Source of the DNA: Eledone cirrhosa
Taxonomy: Eukaryota
Assembly (NCBI GenBank): GCA_964016885.1
Contig: OZ024740.1
Span: 136,462,001-136,526,000 of the forward strand
DNA: 64,000 nucleotides
Direction: 5' to 3'
Shown here piece by piece: positions 10,959-26,883 of the stretch. The first letter of the stretch is position 1, and each line of letters begins with the position of its first letter. A program made the position numbers and the translations under genes. Below the pieces are notes generated by a model. It was not told where the DNA came from and did no database searches. It was given only the letters and a program-made list of their open reading frames with translations.

Positions 10959-13900
10959 GTCGGTAACCCATCACACCTGTTTATTTAAGGTAATATGAAA
11001 AATATTCATTCACTGATTCGTCTTCGCAGTTTATAGTTTATAATTAATTCCTATCATTCATTTCCATTAATCTTAAAATTCAGCTACTTCTACTTTGTTA
11101 TGTTTAATAATTGTTTCTACTGTTGGCACAAGGCCAGCAAATATTCCAGTGTATTACTGGTACTTTATTTTATCGACCCCGTAAGGATGAAAGGCAAAGT
11201 CAACCTCGGCGGGAAATAATTGTTTCTACTTTAGGCACAAGGCCAGCAAATACACAGTGCATTACTGGTACTTTATTTTATCGACCCCGTAAGGATGAAA
11301 GGCAAAGTTAACCTAATCTCATAACAGAAATATACAGGCCCACATATTTTGTAAACAGAATAATAAATTAATTCGGTGTATCGTCTTTCTCAAGAATATT
11401 ATTGACGTCACTACATAACTAATTTAATCCTTCGATGATAGGTTGTTTTTGTTGTCCCTTATGGCCCTTTATTTCTGTTAGTTTTAGCTGGTTTCCTTTT
11501 CCTATTGCATTTTATAAGACTTTTCCATTGTTTTTTAATGATTTTTGTGACATCCTGCCTTAAATTTTAAAGTTAATTCATATATATTTTAATACTATTT
11601 TCATAAAATAATGAAAAATCAGTCTTAAAAGATTTGCCATGTATTTGGAGTTAGGGGACCATACATACATAAATGTATGTATGTATGTATGTATGTATTA
11701 TGTCAGGTCACCAGTTGGTGCTACTGGTAACATGTATCCCAGTACAACCTGTCTCATAGTCGGGTCGTTGGCGACTAAACTGGCAACCCCACCAAGGTTT
11801 CTTGGTGAGGAGGGTGACTTTGGACATCCTGCAGGACTAAAAACAAAACCTGTCAAAGGGCAAAGGAGCTCTTAAGAGTCAATGGCCATCCAAAATCACC
11901 GGGAGAGATGACCCCTTAGCCTTTGTCAAGGCAGAATTCTAGGAGAAGGAAAACTCTGATATAACACCTGCAGCCCTCATGGTATCCAATGATGTTGACT
12001 TGTTCTTTTTGGTAAATATCATCTTGGTTAAGAGAGTGGGACTGGCTTTGTGCAGTGCCTTGCTCACTATTAAAGCTTCACGGCACAGACATTGCTTTAT
12101 ATCTGGAGATCTCTCTGCACTTGTCACATGCTACCATGGGCCCAGCACTATGTGTCAATAATTGTCACAAGTGTAGTGTTTGTACCAGAGTTTTCAAGTC
12201 GCTGGCTGGACTAAAAAGTCACACTCGTTCAGCGCATCGGTAGGGGTTCTCCTACATGGATATAAAGTAGTGGCCGTACTCGAAAACGAGTTGGCAGCCA
12301 CCATGTATGTATGTATGTATGTATGTATGTATGTATGTATGTATGTATGTATGTATGTATGGTAACATGTATCCCAGTACAACCTGTCCCATGGTCGGGT
12401 CGTTGGCGACTAAACTGGCAACCCCACCAAGGTTTCGTGGTGAGGACGGTGACTTTGGACATCCTACCGGACTAAAAGCAAAGCCTGTCAAATGGCAAAG
12501 GACCTCTTAAGAGTCAATAGCCATCCAAAATCACCGGGAGAGATGACCCCTTAGCCTTTGTCAAGACAGAATTCTAGGAGAAGGAAAACTCTGATATAAC
12601 ACCTGCAACCCTGATGGTATCCAATGATGTTGACTTGTTCTTCTTTTTGGTAAATATTATCTTGGTTAAGAGAGTGGGACTGGCTTTGTGCAGTGCCTTT
12701 GCTCACTACAAAAGCTTCATGGCACAGGCATTGCTTTATATCTGGAGATCTCTCTGAACTTGTCGTCACATGGTACCATGGGCCCAGCACTATGTGTCAA
12801 TAATTGTCACAAGTGTAGTGTTAGTACCAGAGTTTTCAAGTCGCTGGCTGGACTAAAAAGTCACACTCGTTCAGCGCATCGGTAGGAGTTCTCCTACATG
12901 GATATAAAGTAGTGGCCGTACTCGAAAACGAGTTGGCAGCCACCACCATGTGTGTATATATGTATGCATGTGTATATGTGTATATATATGTATGTGTGTA
13001 TATGTATATGTTAGGTCATCAGTTGGTGCTATATTGCCCGTACATGTATTCAAAGTATGTATACATTTTTTTGGTGACACCTGCATTCATTTTTACAATA
13101 AATCCTGTATGATAAGAGCTTATAAATTATTCAACTTAATTCTGTGTATGTTTAAGAAATGAACCCCATGACCCTTACAATATACAACAATACAGGTACA
13201 TTTACTGTTTTTCATGCTTTAATGAAGGACGGTGAATTGGCAGTATTGGTTGTACCTGTATGTATGTTTGTATGTATGTTTGTATGTTTGTGTGTGTGTA
13301 TGTATGTATGTATGTATGTATGTATGTATGTATGTATGTATGTATGTATGTATGTATGTATGTATGTATGTATGTGTCAGGTCACCAGTTGGTGCTACTG
13401 GTAACATGTATCCCAGTACAACCTGTCTCATGGTCGGGTCGTTGGCGACTAAACTGACAACCCCACCAAGGTTTCTTGATGAGGACGGTGACTTTGGACA
13501 TCCTGCAGGACTAAAAACAAAACCTGTCAAAGGGCAAAGGAGCTCTTAAGAGTCAATGGCCATCCAAAATCACCGGGAGAGATGACCCCTTAGCCTTTGT
13601 CAAGGCAGAATTCTAGGAGAAGGAAAACTCTGATACAACACCTGCAACCCTGATGGTATCCAATGATGTTGACTTGTTCTTCTTTTTGGTAAATATCATC
13701 TTGGTTAAGAGAGTGGGACTGGCTTTGTGCAATGCCTTTGCTCACTATAAAAGCTTCACGGCACAGGCGTTGCTTTATATCTGGAGATCTCTCAGCACTT
13801 GTCATCACATGGTACCATGGACCCAGCACTATGTGTCAATAATTGTCACAAGTGTAGTGTTTGTACCAGAGTTTTCAAGTCGCTGGCTGGACTAAAAAGC

Positions 13901-16222
13901 CACACTCGTTCAGCGCATCGGTAGGGTTCTCCTACATGGATATAAAGTAGTGGCCGTACTCGAAACCGAGTTGGCAGCCACCATGTATGTATGTATGTAT
14001 GTTAGGGTGGTGAATTGGCAGAGTCGTTAGAACGTCGAATAAAAGTGTTTGTGATATTTGTCCCGGTCGTGGTCACCTTTGCCTTTCATCAATTCGAAGT
14101 CGATAAATAAAGTACCAGTCTAGTACTGGGTTGGATTCTTCACCTATATCTCTTTCTCATTTCCTCTCTCTCACTTTCTAACTTTCTCTGTACCCGGGTG
14201 TAATATTCCCTGGTTACGCGTTCCTTGGTACAGATACCATCATAAGATATATTTTCATCTATCCCTTAGGTATCTGTAGCAGTCCTCCTCGGATATCGGT
14301 GAAACAGTTAGGCCATTGATAAAAATGTTGCTAGATTAGCTTGTAGTTTTTCCCCGCTTTACAATCATATATGAACACTTATCCTGTAAAGCCTGGTGTA
14401 GTCGAAGGGGCACTGTTGCGACATACGATGTGTTTGGGCATTGTAAATCTGGTGGAGCCCATCCCCTCTCCGGATCTAACACAACCGATTTCCTCTAAAG
14501 AGAGAGAGGTGGGTATAAAGAAAAAGACATTTCAATATGAATAATCGACTCCAAAGGACGACAGTCAAAGTTGACATTGACGGGGTTTGAACTAAGAGAG
14601 CCGAAACAACACGAAATACAAGAGGGTTACTGAGTATATTACCTCCTTTACAATTTGCAAGGCCTACAAGTGAAGAGATAGGTCCAGTCAGTACATCGCT
14701 CGGAGAATCAAGGCGGTGCCACCTAAATATCTAACACTAATCACATCGTAGCTCCTTTTAAATGGTGTAAAGAACACACCTCCCTCCAACAGGTCTATTT
14801 TTTTTGATACTGAAAGCAACTTTGTACCGGCCATCTCGCACAAGTTTACGCATCTAATGGCAGTTTTTCTTTCTACGCTCAAGATCGTTTGTACGTTTAT
14901 CTATTGGACATGATCTATTGTTTATTTTTCTACTAAAGATGATCGATAGTATATTTTTCTTTTGACATGCTGGATTGAACGTTTTTTCCACTGGTCATCA
15001 TCGATTGTATCTTTTCCCACAGAAAATGATCGATTCTCCATTCTTTTGTTCGCCAACTTATGTACGAGCTTGTAATTCCTGGCGAAGCCCACAGCGTTCG
15101 TCTGTACACAACTGATTTCTTCCAGCGAAAGTGAGAGGGACAGTCTGAAAGATGGAAAAAAGTTTGGCATCGGCGACAATTGAACTAAAATTCGCTAAAC
15201 GCCAAGACATTTCTGCTTTCTACCAACTATGCCAGTGTGGCGTCTAAATTTGTATATCGAATTCTACCTATATTTCTCAGATTAATAAAATTATAGAAGT
15301 TGTCTATTTTTGTATTTAAATACCAACCTCGTGTGAGGTTTGTAAAAATTGCGTCTAGCACCTTATAGGTGGCCCTTCATTTCTGTTAGTTTTAGCTGGG
15401 GTTTTTTTTCTATTGCACTTTATAAGACTTTTCCATGCTTTTGTCACATTCCTTAAATTTTACATTTAACATATATATAATGCTTTCATAAAGTAATGAA
15501 AAATCAGATTTAATTCGTATCCGAAATGTTTCAGTGTTGTCGTGCATTTGTATATATGTATGTATCTAACCCCTCGTGTATTGGTAGTGGTGTCATGACA
15601 TACAGAATGTCGTGAGCATTTCATACATGGCGGAGTCATGGGGTAGGAAATGTATTTTGTGTGTAAATGTTAAACAGTTACAAAGGGAGTTATGTATTAA
15701 TATAAACAAACATAGATTGGGAGGGTTCGAAATCCATATATGATCGAGCAGGCTCTAAAGGTTTTCAGCCAATATACTAAAAATAACAGTAAAATCTCCC
15801 CCTAATTATTAGTAGTGGTACAGTAAATGTTTCCGGCCGCTTCTCGCTGCACAACCCTCCGTGGGGACCTCTAGTTTCCTTGCTCCCTACACTTCTGATT
15901 TCCACGATAAATTCAGAAGGACGGTGACCCACTTGAGGAAGGGGCCCGTAGGGTGGGGTAGCTGCTACAGCCGATGTCTCTAGTCATTCTCCGTGGTAAT
16001 GCCTTTGTAATTTTACCTACGGTGAGGCACCGCTCAGACTGGGGTGTAGCGCCTGCCCCTCCCTTTAGTTGCATTAAATGTTTTGATTCTGTATATCCAC
16101 TACCATCAATATAACTACAACTAAATCTCATAGTTAGACAATAGCAATAACTGTAACGCCTAATACCTAAGAATTAAGCAGTCTGTGTTGCCTATGTACA
16201 ATCTAATCTTCGATTCATTTTA

Positions 16223-16362
16223 CCACCTCCTTAGAGGCGTGAAAAAATTGCGAAGAGCACCTTACAGGTGCCCTCCGCGGGGTATTGGGAATAGTTTTCA
16301 ACTAGCAATAACCACGCCTCGGATAAACCTCATTGGCCATGGTACCGCCTCTGCGCAAAGCT
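16223..16362 (-). ncRNA. RNU4: U4 snRNA, copy 4
   Basis: Same sequence as copy 1. Confidence 0.96.
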
Positions 16363-19300
16363 GTCGGTAAACCATCACACCTGTTTATTTAAGGTAATAT
16401 GAAAAATATTCATTCACTGATTCGTCTTCGCAGTTTATAGTTTATAATTAATTCCTATCATTCATTTCCATTAATCTTAAAATTCAGCTACTTCTACTTT
16501 GTTATGTTTAATAATTGTTTCTACTGTTGGCACAAGGCCAGCAAATATTTCAGTGTATTACTGGTACTTTATTTTATCGACCACGTAAGGATGAAAGGCA
16601 AAGTTAACCTCGGAGGTATTTTGAACAGAGTCCGTAAAGGGGAGTAACTGTGCTGCAAAGCATGATTTGCAGCACAGTTACACCCCTTTACATACTGTGT
16701 TACGTCCGACGCATTTGTTATGTTTAATAATTGTTTCTACTTTAGGCACAAGGCCAGCAAATACACAGTGCATTACTGGTACTTTATTTTATCGACCACG
16801 TAAGTATGAAAGGCAAAGTCAACCTCGGCGGGAAATAATAATCTCATAACAGAAATATACAGGCCCACATATTTTGTAAACAGAATAATAAATTAATTCG
16901 GTGTATCGTCTTTCTCAAGAATATTATTGACGTCACTACATAACTAATTTAATCCTTCGATGATAGGTTGTTTTTGTTGTCCCTTATGGCCCTTTATTTC
17001 TGTTAGTTTTAGCTGGTTTCCTTTTGCTATTGCATTTTATAAGACTTTTCCATTGTTTTTTAATGATTTTTGTGACAACCTGCCTTAAATTTTAAAGTTA
17101 ATTCATATATATTTTAATACTATTTTCATAAAATAATGAAAAATCAGTCTTAAAAGATTTGCCATGTATTTGGAGTTAGGGGACCATACATACATAAATG
17201 TATGTATGTATGTATGTATGTATTATGTCAGGTCACCAGTTGGTGCTACTGGTAACATGTATCCCAGTACAACCTGTCTCATAGTCGGGTCGTTGGCGAC
17301 TAAACTGGCAACCCCACCAAGGTTTCTTGGTGAGGAGGGTGACTTTGGACATCCTGCAGGACTAAAAACAAAACCTGTCAAAGGGCAAAGGAGCTCTTAA
17401 GAGTCAATGGCCATCCAAAATCACCGGGAGAGATGACCCCTTAGCCTTTGTCAAGGCAGAATTCTAGGAGAAGGAAAACTCTGATATAACACCTGCAGCC
17501 CTCATGGTATCCAATGATGTTGACTTGTTCTTTTTGGTAAATATCATCTTGGTTAAGAGAGTGGGACTGGCTTTGTGCAGTGCCTTTGCTCACTATAAAA
17601 GCTTCATGGCACAGGCATTGCTTTATATCTGGAGATCTCTCTGAACTTGTCGTCACATGGTACCATGGGCCTAGCACTGTGTCAATAATTGTCACAAGTG
17701 TAGTGTTAGTACCAGAGTTTTCAAGTCGCTGGCTGGACTAAAAAGTCACACTCGTTCAGCGTATCGGTAGGAGTTCTCCTACATGGATATAAAGTAGTGG
17801 CCGTACTCGAAAACGAGTTGGCAGCCACCACCATGTGTGTATATATGTATGCATGTGTATATGTGTGTATATATGTATGTGTGTATATGTATATGTTAGG
17901 TCATCAGTTGGTGCTATATTGCCCGTACATGTATTCAAAGTATGTATACATTGTTTTGGTGACACCTGCATTCATTTTTACAATAAATCCTGTATGATAA
18001 GAGCTTATAAATTATTCAACTTAATTCTGTGTATGTTTAAGAAATGAACCCCATGACCCTTACAATATACAACAATACAGGTACATTTACTGTTTTTCAT
18101 GCTTTAATGAAGGACGGTGAATTGGCAGTATTGGTTGTACCTGTATGTATGTTTGTGTGTATGTTTGTATGTTTGTGTGTGTGTATGTATGTATGTATGT
18201 ATGTATGTATGTATGTATGTATGTATGTATGTATGTATGTATGTGTTTGTATGTGTGTTTATATATATATATATATGTGCATGTGTGAGGTATGTATGTA
18301 TGTATGTATGTATGTATGTATGTATGTATGTATGTATGTATGTATGTATGCATGTATGTATGTATGTATGTATGTATGTATGTATGTATTTATGTATGTA
18401 TGTATGTATGTATGTATGTATGCATGTGTCAGGTCACCAGTTGGTGCTACTGGTAACATGTATCCCAGTACAACCTGTCTCATGGTCGGGTCGTTGGCGA
18501 CTAAACTGACAACCCCACCAAGGTTTCTTGGTGAGGACGGTGACTTTGGACATCCTGCAGGACTAAAAACAAAACCTGTCAAAGGGCAAAGGACCTCTTA
18601 AGAGTCAATGGCCATCCAAAATCACCGGGAGAGATGACCCCTTAGCCTTTGTCAAGGCAGAATTCTAGGAGAAGGAAAACTCTGATACAACACCTGCAAC
18701 CCTGATGGTATCCAATGATGTTGACTTGTTCTTCTTTTTGGTAAATATCATCTTGGTTAAGAGAGTGGGACTGGCTTTGTGCAATGCCTTTGCTCACTAT
18801 AAAAGCTTCACGGCACAGACATTGCTTTATAACTGGAGATCTCTCTGCACTTGTCACATGGTACCATGGGCCCAGCACTATGTGTCAATAATTGTCACAA
18901 GTGTAGTGTTTGTACCAGAGTTTTCAAGTCGCTGGCTGGACTAAAAATTCACACTTGTTCAACGCATCAGTAGGGGTTCTCCTACATGGATATAAAGTAG
19001 TGGCCGTATTCGAAAACGAGTTGGCAGCCACCATGTATGTATGTATGTATGTATGTATGTATGTATGTATGTATGTATGTATGTATGTATGTATGTATGT
19101 ATGTATGTATGTATGTATGTATGTATGTTAGGGTGGTGAATTGGCAGAATCGTTAGAACGTTGAATAAAAGTGTTTGTGATATTTGTCCCGGTCGTGGTC
19201 ACCTTTGCCTTTCATCAATTCGAAGTCGATAAATAAAGTACCAGTCTAGTACTGGGTTGGATTCTTCACCTATATCTCTTTCTCATTTCCTCTCTCTCAC

Positions 19301-21350
19301 TTTCTAACTTTCTCTGTACCCGGGTGTATTATTCCCTGGTTACGCGTTCCTTGGTACAGATACCATCATAGGATATATTTTCATCTATCCCTTAGGTATC
19401 TGTAGCAGTCCTCCTCGGATATCGGTGAAACAGTTAGGCCATTGATAAAAATGTTGCTAGATTAGCTTGTAGTTTTTCCCCGCTTTACAATGGTATATGA
19501 ACATTTATCCTGTAAAGCCTGGTGTAGTCGAAGGGGCACCGTTGCCACATACGATGTGTTTGGACATTATAAATCTGGTGGAGCCCATCCCCTCTCCGGA
19601 TCTAACACAACCGATTTACTCTAAAGAGAGAAAGAGGTGGGTATAAAGAGAAAGACATTTCAATATAAATAATCGACTCCAAAGGACGACAGTCAAAGTT
19701 GACATCGACGGGGTTTGAACTAAGAGAGCCGAAACAACACGAAATACAAGAGGGTTACTGAGTATATTACCTCCTTTACAATTTGCAAGGCCTACAAGTG
19801 AAGAGATAGGTCCAGTCAGTACATCGCTCGGAGAATCAAGGCGGTGCCACCTAAATATCTAACACTAATCACATCGTAGCTCCTTTTAAATGGTGTAAAG
19901 AACACACCTCCCTCCAACAGGTCTATTTTTTTTGATACTGAAAGCAACTTTGTACCGGCCATCTCGCACAAGTTTACGCATCTAATGGCAGTTTTTCTTT
20001 CTACGCTCAAGATCGTTTGTACGTTTATCTATTGGACATGATCTATTGTTTATTTTTCTACTAAAGATGATCGATAGTATATTTTTCTTTTGACATGCTG
20101 GATTGAACGTTTTTTCCACTGGTCATCATCGATTGTATCTTTTCCCACAGAAAATGATCGATTCTCCATTCTTTTGTTCGCCAACTTATGTACGAGCTTG
20201 TAATTCCTGGCGAAGCCCACAGCGTTCGTCTGTACACAACTGATTTCTTCCAGCGAAAGTGAGAGGGACAGTCTGAAAGATGGAAAAAAGTTTGGCATCG
20301 GCGACAATTGAACTAAAATTCGCTAAACGCCAAGACATTTCTGCTTTCTACCAACTATGCCAGTGTGGCGTCTAAATTTGTATATCGAATTCTACCTATA
20401 TTTCTCAGATTAATAAAATTATAGAAGTTGTCTATTTTTGTATTTAAATACCAACCTCGTGTGAGGTTTGTAAAAATTGCGTCTAGCACCTTATAGGTGG
20501 CCCTTCATTTCTGTTAGTTTTAGCTGGGGTTTTTTTTCTATTGCACTTTATAAGACTTTTCCATGCTTTTGTCACATTCCTTAAATTTTACATTTAACAT
20601 ATATATAATGCTTTCATAAAGTAATGAAAAATCAGATTTAATTCGTATCCGAAATGTTTCAGTGTTGTCGTGCATTTGTATATATGTATGTATCTAACCC
20701 CTCGTGTATTGGTAGTGGTGTCATGACATACAGAATGTCGTGAGCATTTCATACATGGCGGAGTCATGGGGTAGGAAATGTATTTTGTGTGTAAATGTTA
20801 AACAGTTACAAAGGGAGTTATGTATTAATATAAACAAACATAGATTGGGAGGGTTCGAAATCCATATATGATCGAGCAGGCTCTAAAGGTTTTCAGCCAA
20901 TATACTAAAAATAACAGTAAAATCTCCCCCTAATTATTAGTAGTGGTACAGTAAATGTTTCCGGCCGCTTCTCGCTGCACAACCCTCCGTGGGGACCTCT
21001 AGTTTCCTTGCTCCCTACACTTCTGATTTCCACGATAAATTCAGAAGGACGGTGACCCACTTGAGGAAGGGGCCCGTAGGGTGGGGTAGCTGCTACAGCC
21101 GATGTCTCTAGTCATTCTCCGTGGTAATGCCTTTGTAATTTTACCTACGGTGAGGCACCGCTCAGACTGGGGTGTAGCGCCTGCCCCTCCCTTTAGTTGC
21201 ATTAAATGTTTTGATTCTGTATATCCACTACCATCAATATAACTACAACTAAATCTCATAGTTAGACAATAGCAATAACTGTAACGCCTAATACCTAAGA
21301 ATTAAGCAGTCTGTGTTGCCTATGTACAATCTAATCTTCGATTCATTTTA

Positions 21351-21490
21351 CCACCTCCTTAGAGGCGTGAAAAAATTGCGAAGAGCACCTTACAGGTGCC
21401 CTCCGCGGGGTATTGGGAATAGTTTTCAACTAGCAATAACCACGCCTCGGATAAACCTCATTGGCCATGGTACCGCCTCTGCGCAAAGCT
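21351..21490 (-). ncRNA. RNU4: U4 snRNA, copy 5
   Basis: Same sequence as copy 1. Confidence 0.96.
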
Positions 21491-24400
21491 GTCGGTAACC
21501 CATCACCCCTGTTTATTTAAGGTAATATGAAAAATATTCATTCACTGATTCGTCTTCGCAGTTTATAGTTTATAATTAATTCCTATCATTCATTTCCATT
21601 AATCTTAAAATTCAGCTACTTCTACTTTGTTATGTTTAATAATTGTTTCTACTGTTGGCACAAGGCCAGCAAATATTCCAGTGTATTACTGGTACTTTAT
21701 TTTATCGACCCCGTAAGGATGAAAGGCAAAGTCAACCTCGGCGGGAAATAATTGTTTCTACTTTAGGCACAAGGCCAGCAAATACACAGTGCATTACTGG
21801 TACTTTATTTTATCGACCCCGTAAGGATGAAAGGCAAAGTTAACCTAATCTCATAACAGAAATATACAGGCCCACATATTTTGTAAACAGAATAATAAAT
21901 TAATTCGGTGTATCGTCTTTCTCAAGAATATTATTGACGTCACTACATAACTAATTTAATCCTTCGATGATAGGTTGTTTTTGTTGTCCCTTATGGCCCT
22001 TTATTTCTGTTAGTTTTAGCTGGTTTCCTTTTCCTATTGCATTTTATAAGACTTTTCCATTGTTTTTTAATGATTTTTGTGACATCCTGCCTTAAATTTT
22101 AAAGTTAATTCATATATATTTTAATACTATTTTCATAAAATAATGAAAAATCAGTCTTAAAAGATTTGCCATGTATTTGGAGTTAGGGGACCATACATAC
22201 ATAAATGTATGTATGTATGTATGTATGTATTATGTCAGGTCACCAGTTGGTGCTACTGGTAACATGTATCCCAGTACAACCTGTCTCATAGTCGGGTCGT
22301 TGGCGACTAAACTGGCAACCCCACCAAGGTTTCTTGGTGAGGAGGGTGACTTTGGACATCCTGCAGGACTAAAAACAAAACCTGTCAAAGGGCAAAGGAG
22401 CTCTTAAGAGTCAATGGCCATCCAAAATCACCGGGAGAGATGACCCCTTAGCCTTTGTCAAGGCAGAATTCTAGGAGAAGGAAAACTCTGATATAACACC
22501 TGCAGCCCTCATGATATCCAATGATGTTGACTTGTTCTTTTTGGTAAATATCATCTTGGTTAAGAGAGTGGGACTGGCTTTGTGCAGTGCCTTGCTCACT
22601 ATTAAAGCTTCACGGCACAGACATTGCTTTATATCTGGAGATCTCTCTGCACTTGTCACATGCTACCATGGGCCCAGCACTATGTGTCAATAATTGTCAC
22701 AAGTGTAGTGTTTGTACCAGAGTTTTCAAGTCGCTGGCTGGACTAAAAAGTCACACTCGTTCAGCGCATCGGTAGGGGTTCTCCTACATGGATATAAAGT
22801 AGTGGCCGTACTCGAAAACGAGTTGGCAGCCACCATGTATGTATGTATGTATGTATGTATGTATGTATGTATGTATGTATGTATGTATGGTAACATGTAT
22901 CCCAGTACAACCTGTCCCATGGTCGGGTCGTTGGCGACTAAACTGGCAACCCCACCAAGGTTTCGTGGTGAGGACGGTGACTTTGGACATCCTACCGGAC
23001 TAAAAGCAAAGCCTGTCAAATGGCAAAGGACCTCTTAAGAGTCAATAGCCATCCAAAATCACCGGGAGAGATGACCCCTTAGCCTTTGTCAAGACAGAAT
23101 TCTAGGAGAAGGAAAACTCTGATATAACACCTGCAACCCTGATGGTATCCAATGATGTTGACTTGTTCTTCTTTTTGGTAAATATTATCTTGGTTAAGAG
23201 AGTGGGACTGGCTTTGTGCAGTGCCTTTGCTCACTACAAAAGCTTCATGGCACAGGCATTGCTTTATATCTGGAGATCTCTCTGAACTTGTCGTCACATG
23301 GTACCATGGGCCCAGCACTATGTGTCAATAATTGTCACAAGTGTAGTGTTAGTACCAGAGTTTTCAAGTCGCTGGCTGGACTAAAAAGTCACACTCGTTC
23401 AGCGCATCGGTAGGAGTTCTCCTACATGGATATAAAGTAGTGGCCGTACTCGAAAACGAGTTGGCAGCCACCACAATGTGTGTATATATGTATGCATGTG
23501 TATATGTGTATATATATGTATGTGTGTATATGTATATGTTAGGTCATCAGTTGGTGCTATATTGCCCGTACATGTATTCAAAGTATGTATACATTTTTTT
23601 GGTGACACCTGCATTCATTTTTACAATAAATCCTGTATGATAAGAGCTTATAAATTATTCAACTTAATTCTGTGTATGTTTAAGAAATGAACCCCATGAC
23701 CCTTACAATATACAACAATACAGGTACATTTACTGTTTTTCATGCTTTAATGAAGGACGGTGAATTGGCAGTATTGGTTGTACCTGTATGTATGTTTGTA
23801 TGTATGTTTGTATGTTTGTGTGTGTGTATGTATGTATGTATGTATGTATGTATGTATGTATGTATGTATGTATGTATGTATGTATGTATGTATGTGTCAG
23901 GTCACCAGTTGGTGCTACTGGTAACATGTATCCCAGTACAACCTGTCTCATGGTCGGGTCGTTGGCGACTAAACTGACAACCCCACCAAGGTTTCTTGAT
24001 GAGGACGGTGACTTTGGACATCCTGCAGGACTAAAAACAAAACCTGTCAAAGGGCAAAGGAGCTCTTAAGAGTCAATGGCCATCCAAAATCACCGGGAGA
24101 GATGACCCCTTAGCCTTTGTCAAGGCAGAATTCTAGGAGAAGGAAAACTCTGATACAACACCTGCAACCCTGATGGTATCCAATGATGTTGACTTGTTCT
24201 TCTTTTTGGTAAATATCATCTTGGTTAAGAGAGTGGGACTGGCTTTGTGCAATGCCTTTGCTCACTATAAAAGCTTCACGGCACAGGCGTTGCTTTATAT
24301 CTGGAGATCTCTCAGCACTTGTCATCACATGGTACCATGGACCCAGCACTATGTGTCAATAATTGTCACAAGTGTAGTGTTTGTACCAGAGTTTTCAAGT

Positions 24401-26743
24401 CGCTGGCTGGACTAAAAAGCCACACTCGTTCAGCGCATCGGTAGGGTTCTCCTACATGGATATAAAGTAGTGGCCGTACTCGAAACCGAGTTGGCAGCCA
24501 CCATGTATGTATGTATGTATGTTAGGGTGGTGAATTGGCAGAGTCGTTAGAACGTCGAATAAAAGTGTTTGTGATATTTGTCCCGGTCGTGGTCACCTTT
24601 GCCTTTCATCAATTCGAAGTCGATAAATAAAGTACCAGTCTAGTACTGGGTTGGATTCTTCACCTATATCTCTTTCTCATTTCCTCTCTCTCACTTTCTA
24701 ACTTTCTCTGTACCCGGGTGTAATATTCCCTGGTTACGCGTTCCTTGGTACAGATACCATCATAAGATATATTTTCATCTATCCCTTAGGTATCTGTAGC
24801 AGTCCTCCTCGGATATCGGTGAAACAGTTAGGCCATTGATAAAAATGTTGCTAGATTAGCTTGTAGTTTTTCCCCGCTTTACAATCATATATGAACACTT
24901 ATCATGTAAAGCCTGGTGTAGTCGAAGGGGCACTGTTGCGACATACGATGTGTTTGGGCATTGTAAATCTGGTGGAGCCCATCCCCTCTCCGGATCTAAC
25001 ACAACCGATTTCCTCTAAAGAGAGAGAGGTGGGTATAAAGAAAAAGACATTTCAATATGAATAATCGACTCCAAAGGACGACAGTCAAAGTTGACATTGA
25101 CGGGGTTTGAACTAAGAGAGCCGAAACAACACGAAATACAACAGGGTTACTGAGTATATTACCTCCTTTACAATTTGCAAGGCCTACAAGTGACGAGATA
25201 GGTCCAGTCAGTACATCGCTCGGAGAATCAAGGCGGTGCCACCTAAATATCTAACACTAATCACATCGTAGCTCCTTTTAAATGGTGTAAAGAACACACC
25301 TCCCTCCAACAGGTCTACTTTTTTTGATACTGAAAGCAACTTTGTCCCGGCCATCTCGCACAAGTTTACGCATCTAATGGCAGTTTTTCTTTCTACGCTC
25401 AAGATCGTTTGTACGTTTATCTATTGGACATGATCTATTGTTTATTTTTCTACTAAAGATGATCGATAGTATATTTTTCTTTTGACATGCTGGATTGAAC
25501 GTTTTTTCCACTGGTCATCATCGATTGTATCTTTTCCCACAGAAAATGATCGATTCTCCATTCTTTTGTTCGCCAACTTATGTACGAGCTTGTAATTCCT
25601 GGCGAAGCCCACAGCGTTCGTCTGTACACAACTGATTTCTTCCAGCGAAAGTGAGAGGGACAGTCTGAAAGATGGAAAAAAGTTTGGCATCGGCGACATT
25701 TGAACTAAAATCGCTAAACGCCAAGACATTTCTGCTTTCTACCAACTATGCCAGTGTGGCGTCTAAATTTGTATATCGAATTCTACCTATATTTCTCAGC
25801 TTAATAAAATTATAGAAGTTGTCTTTTTTTGTATTTAAATACCAACCTCGTGTGAGGTTTGTAAAAATTGCGTCTAGCACCTTATAGGTGGCCCTTCATT
25901 TCTGTTAGTTTTAGCTGGGGTTTTTTTTCTATTGCACTTTATAAGACTTTTCCATGCTTTTGTCACATTCCTTAAATTTTACATTTAACATATATATAAT
26001 GCTTTCATAAAGTAATGAAAAATCAGATTTAATTCGTATCCGAAATGTTTCAGTGTTGTCGTGCATTTGTATATATGTATGTATCTAACCTCTCGTGTAT
26101 TGGTAGTGGTGTCATGACATACAGAATGTCGTGAGCATTTCATACATGGCGGAGTCATGGGGTAGGAAATGTATTTTGTGTGTAAATGTTGAACAGTTAC
26201 AAAGGGAGTTATGTATTAATATAAACAAACATAGATTGGGAGGGTTCGAAATCCATATATGATCGAGCAGGCTCTAAAGGTTTTCAGCCAATATACTAAA
26301 AATAACAGTAAATCTCCTCCTAATAATTAGTAGTGGTACAGTAAATAATGTTTCCGGCCGCTTCTCGCTGCACAGCCCTCCGTGGGGACCTCTAGTTTCC
26401 TTGCTCCCTACACTTCTGATTTCCTCGATAAATTCAGAAAGACGGTGACCCGCTTGAGGTAGGAGCCCGTAGGGTGGGGTAGCTGCTACAGCCGATGTCT
26501 CTGGTCATTCTCCGTGGTAATGCCTTTGCAATTTTACCTACGGTGTGGCACCGCTCAGACTGGGGTGTAGTGTCTGCTTCTCCCTTTAGTTGCATTAAAT
26601 GTTTTGATTTTGTATATCCACTACCATCAATATAACTACAACTAAATCTCATAGTTAGACAATAGCAATAACTGTAACGCCTAATACCTCAGAATTAAGC
26701 AGTCTGTGTTGCCTATGTACAATCTAATCTTTGATTCATTTTA

Positions 26744-26883
26744 CCACCTCCTTAGAGGCGTGAAAAAATTGCGAAGAGCACCTTACAGGTGCCCTCCGCT
26801 GGGTATTGGGAATAGTTTTCAACTAGCAATAACCACGCCTCGGATAAACCTCATTGGCCATGGTACCGCCTCTGCGCAAAGCT
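26744..26883 (-). ncRNA. RNU4: U4 snRNA, copy 6 (one substitution)
   Basis: As copy 1 but ACCCAGCGG instead of ACCCCGCGG in the central region. Confidence 0.94.
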
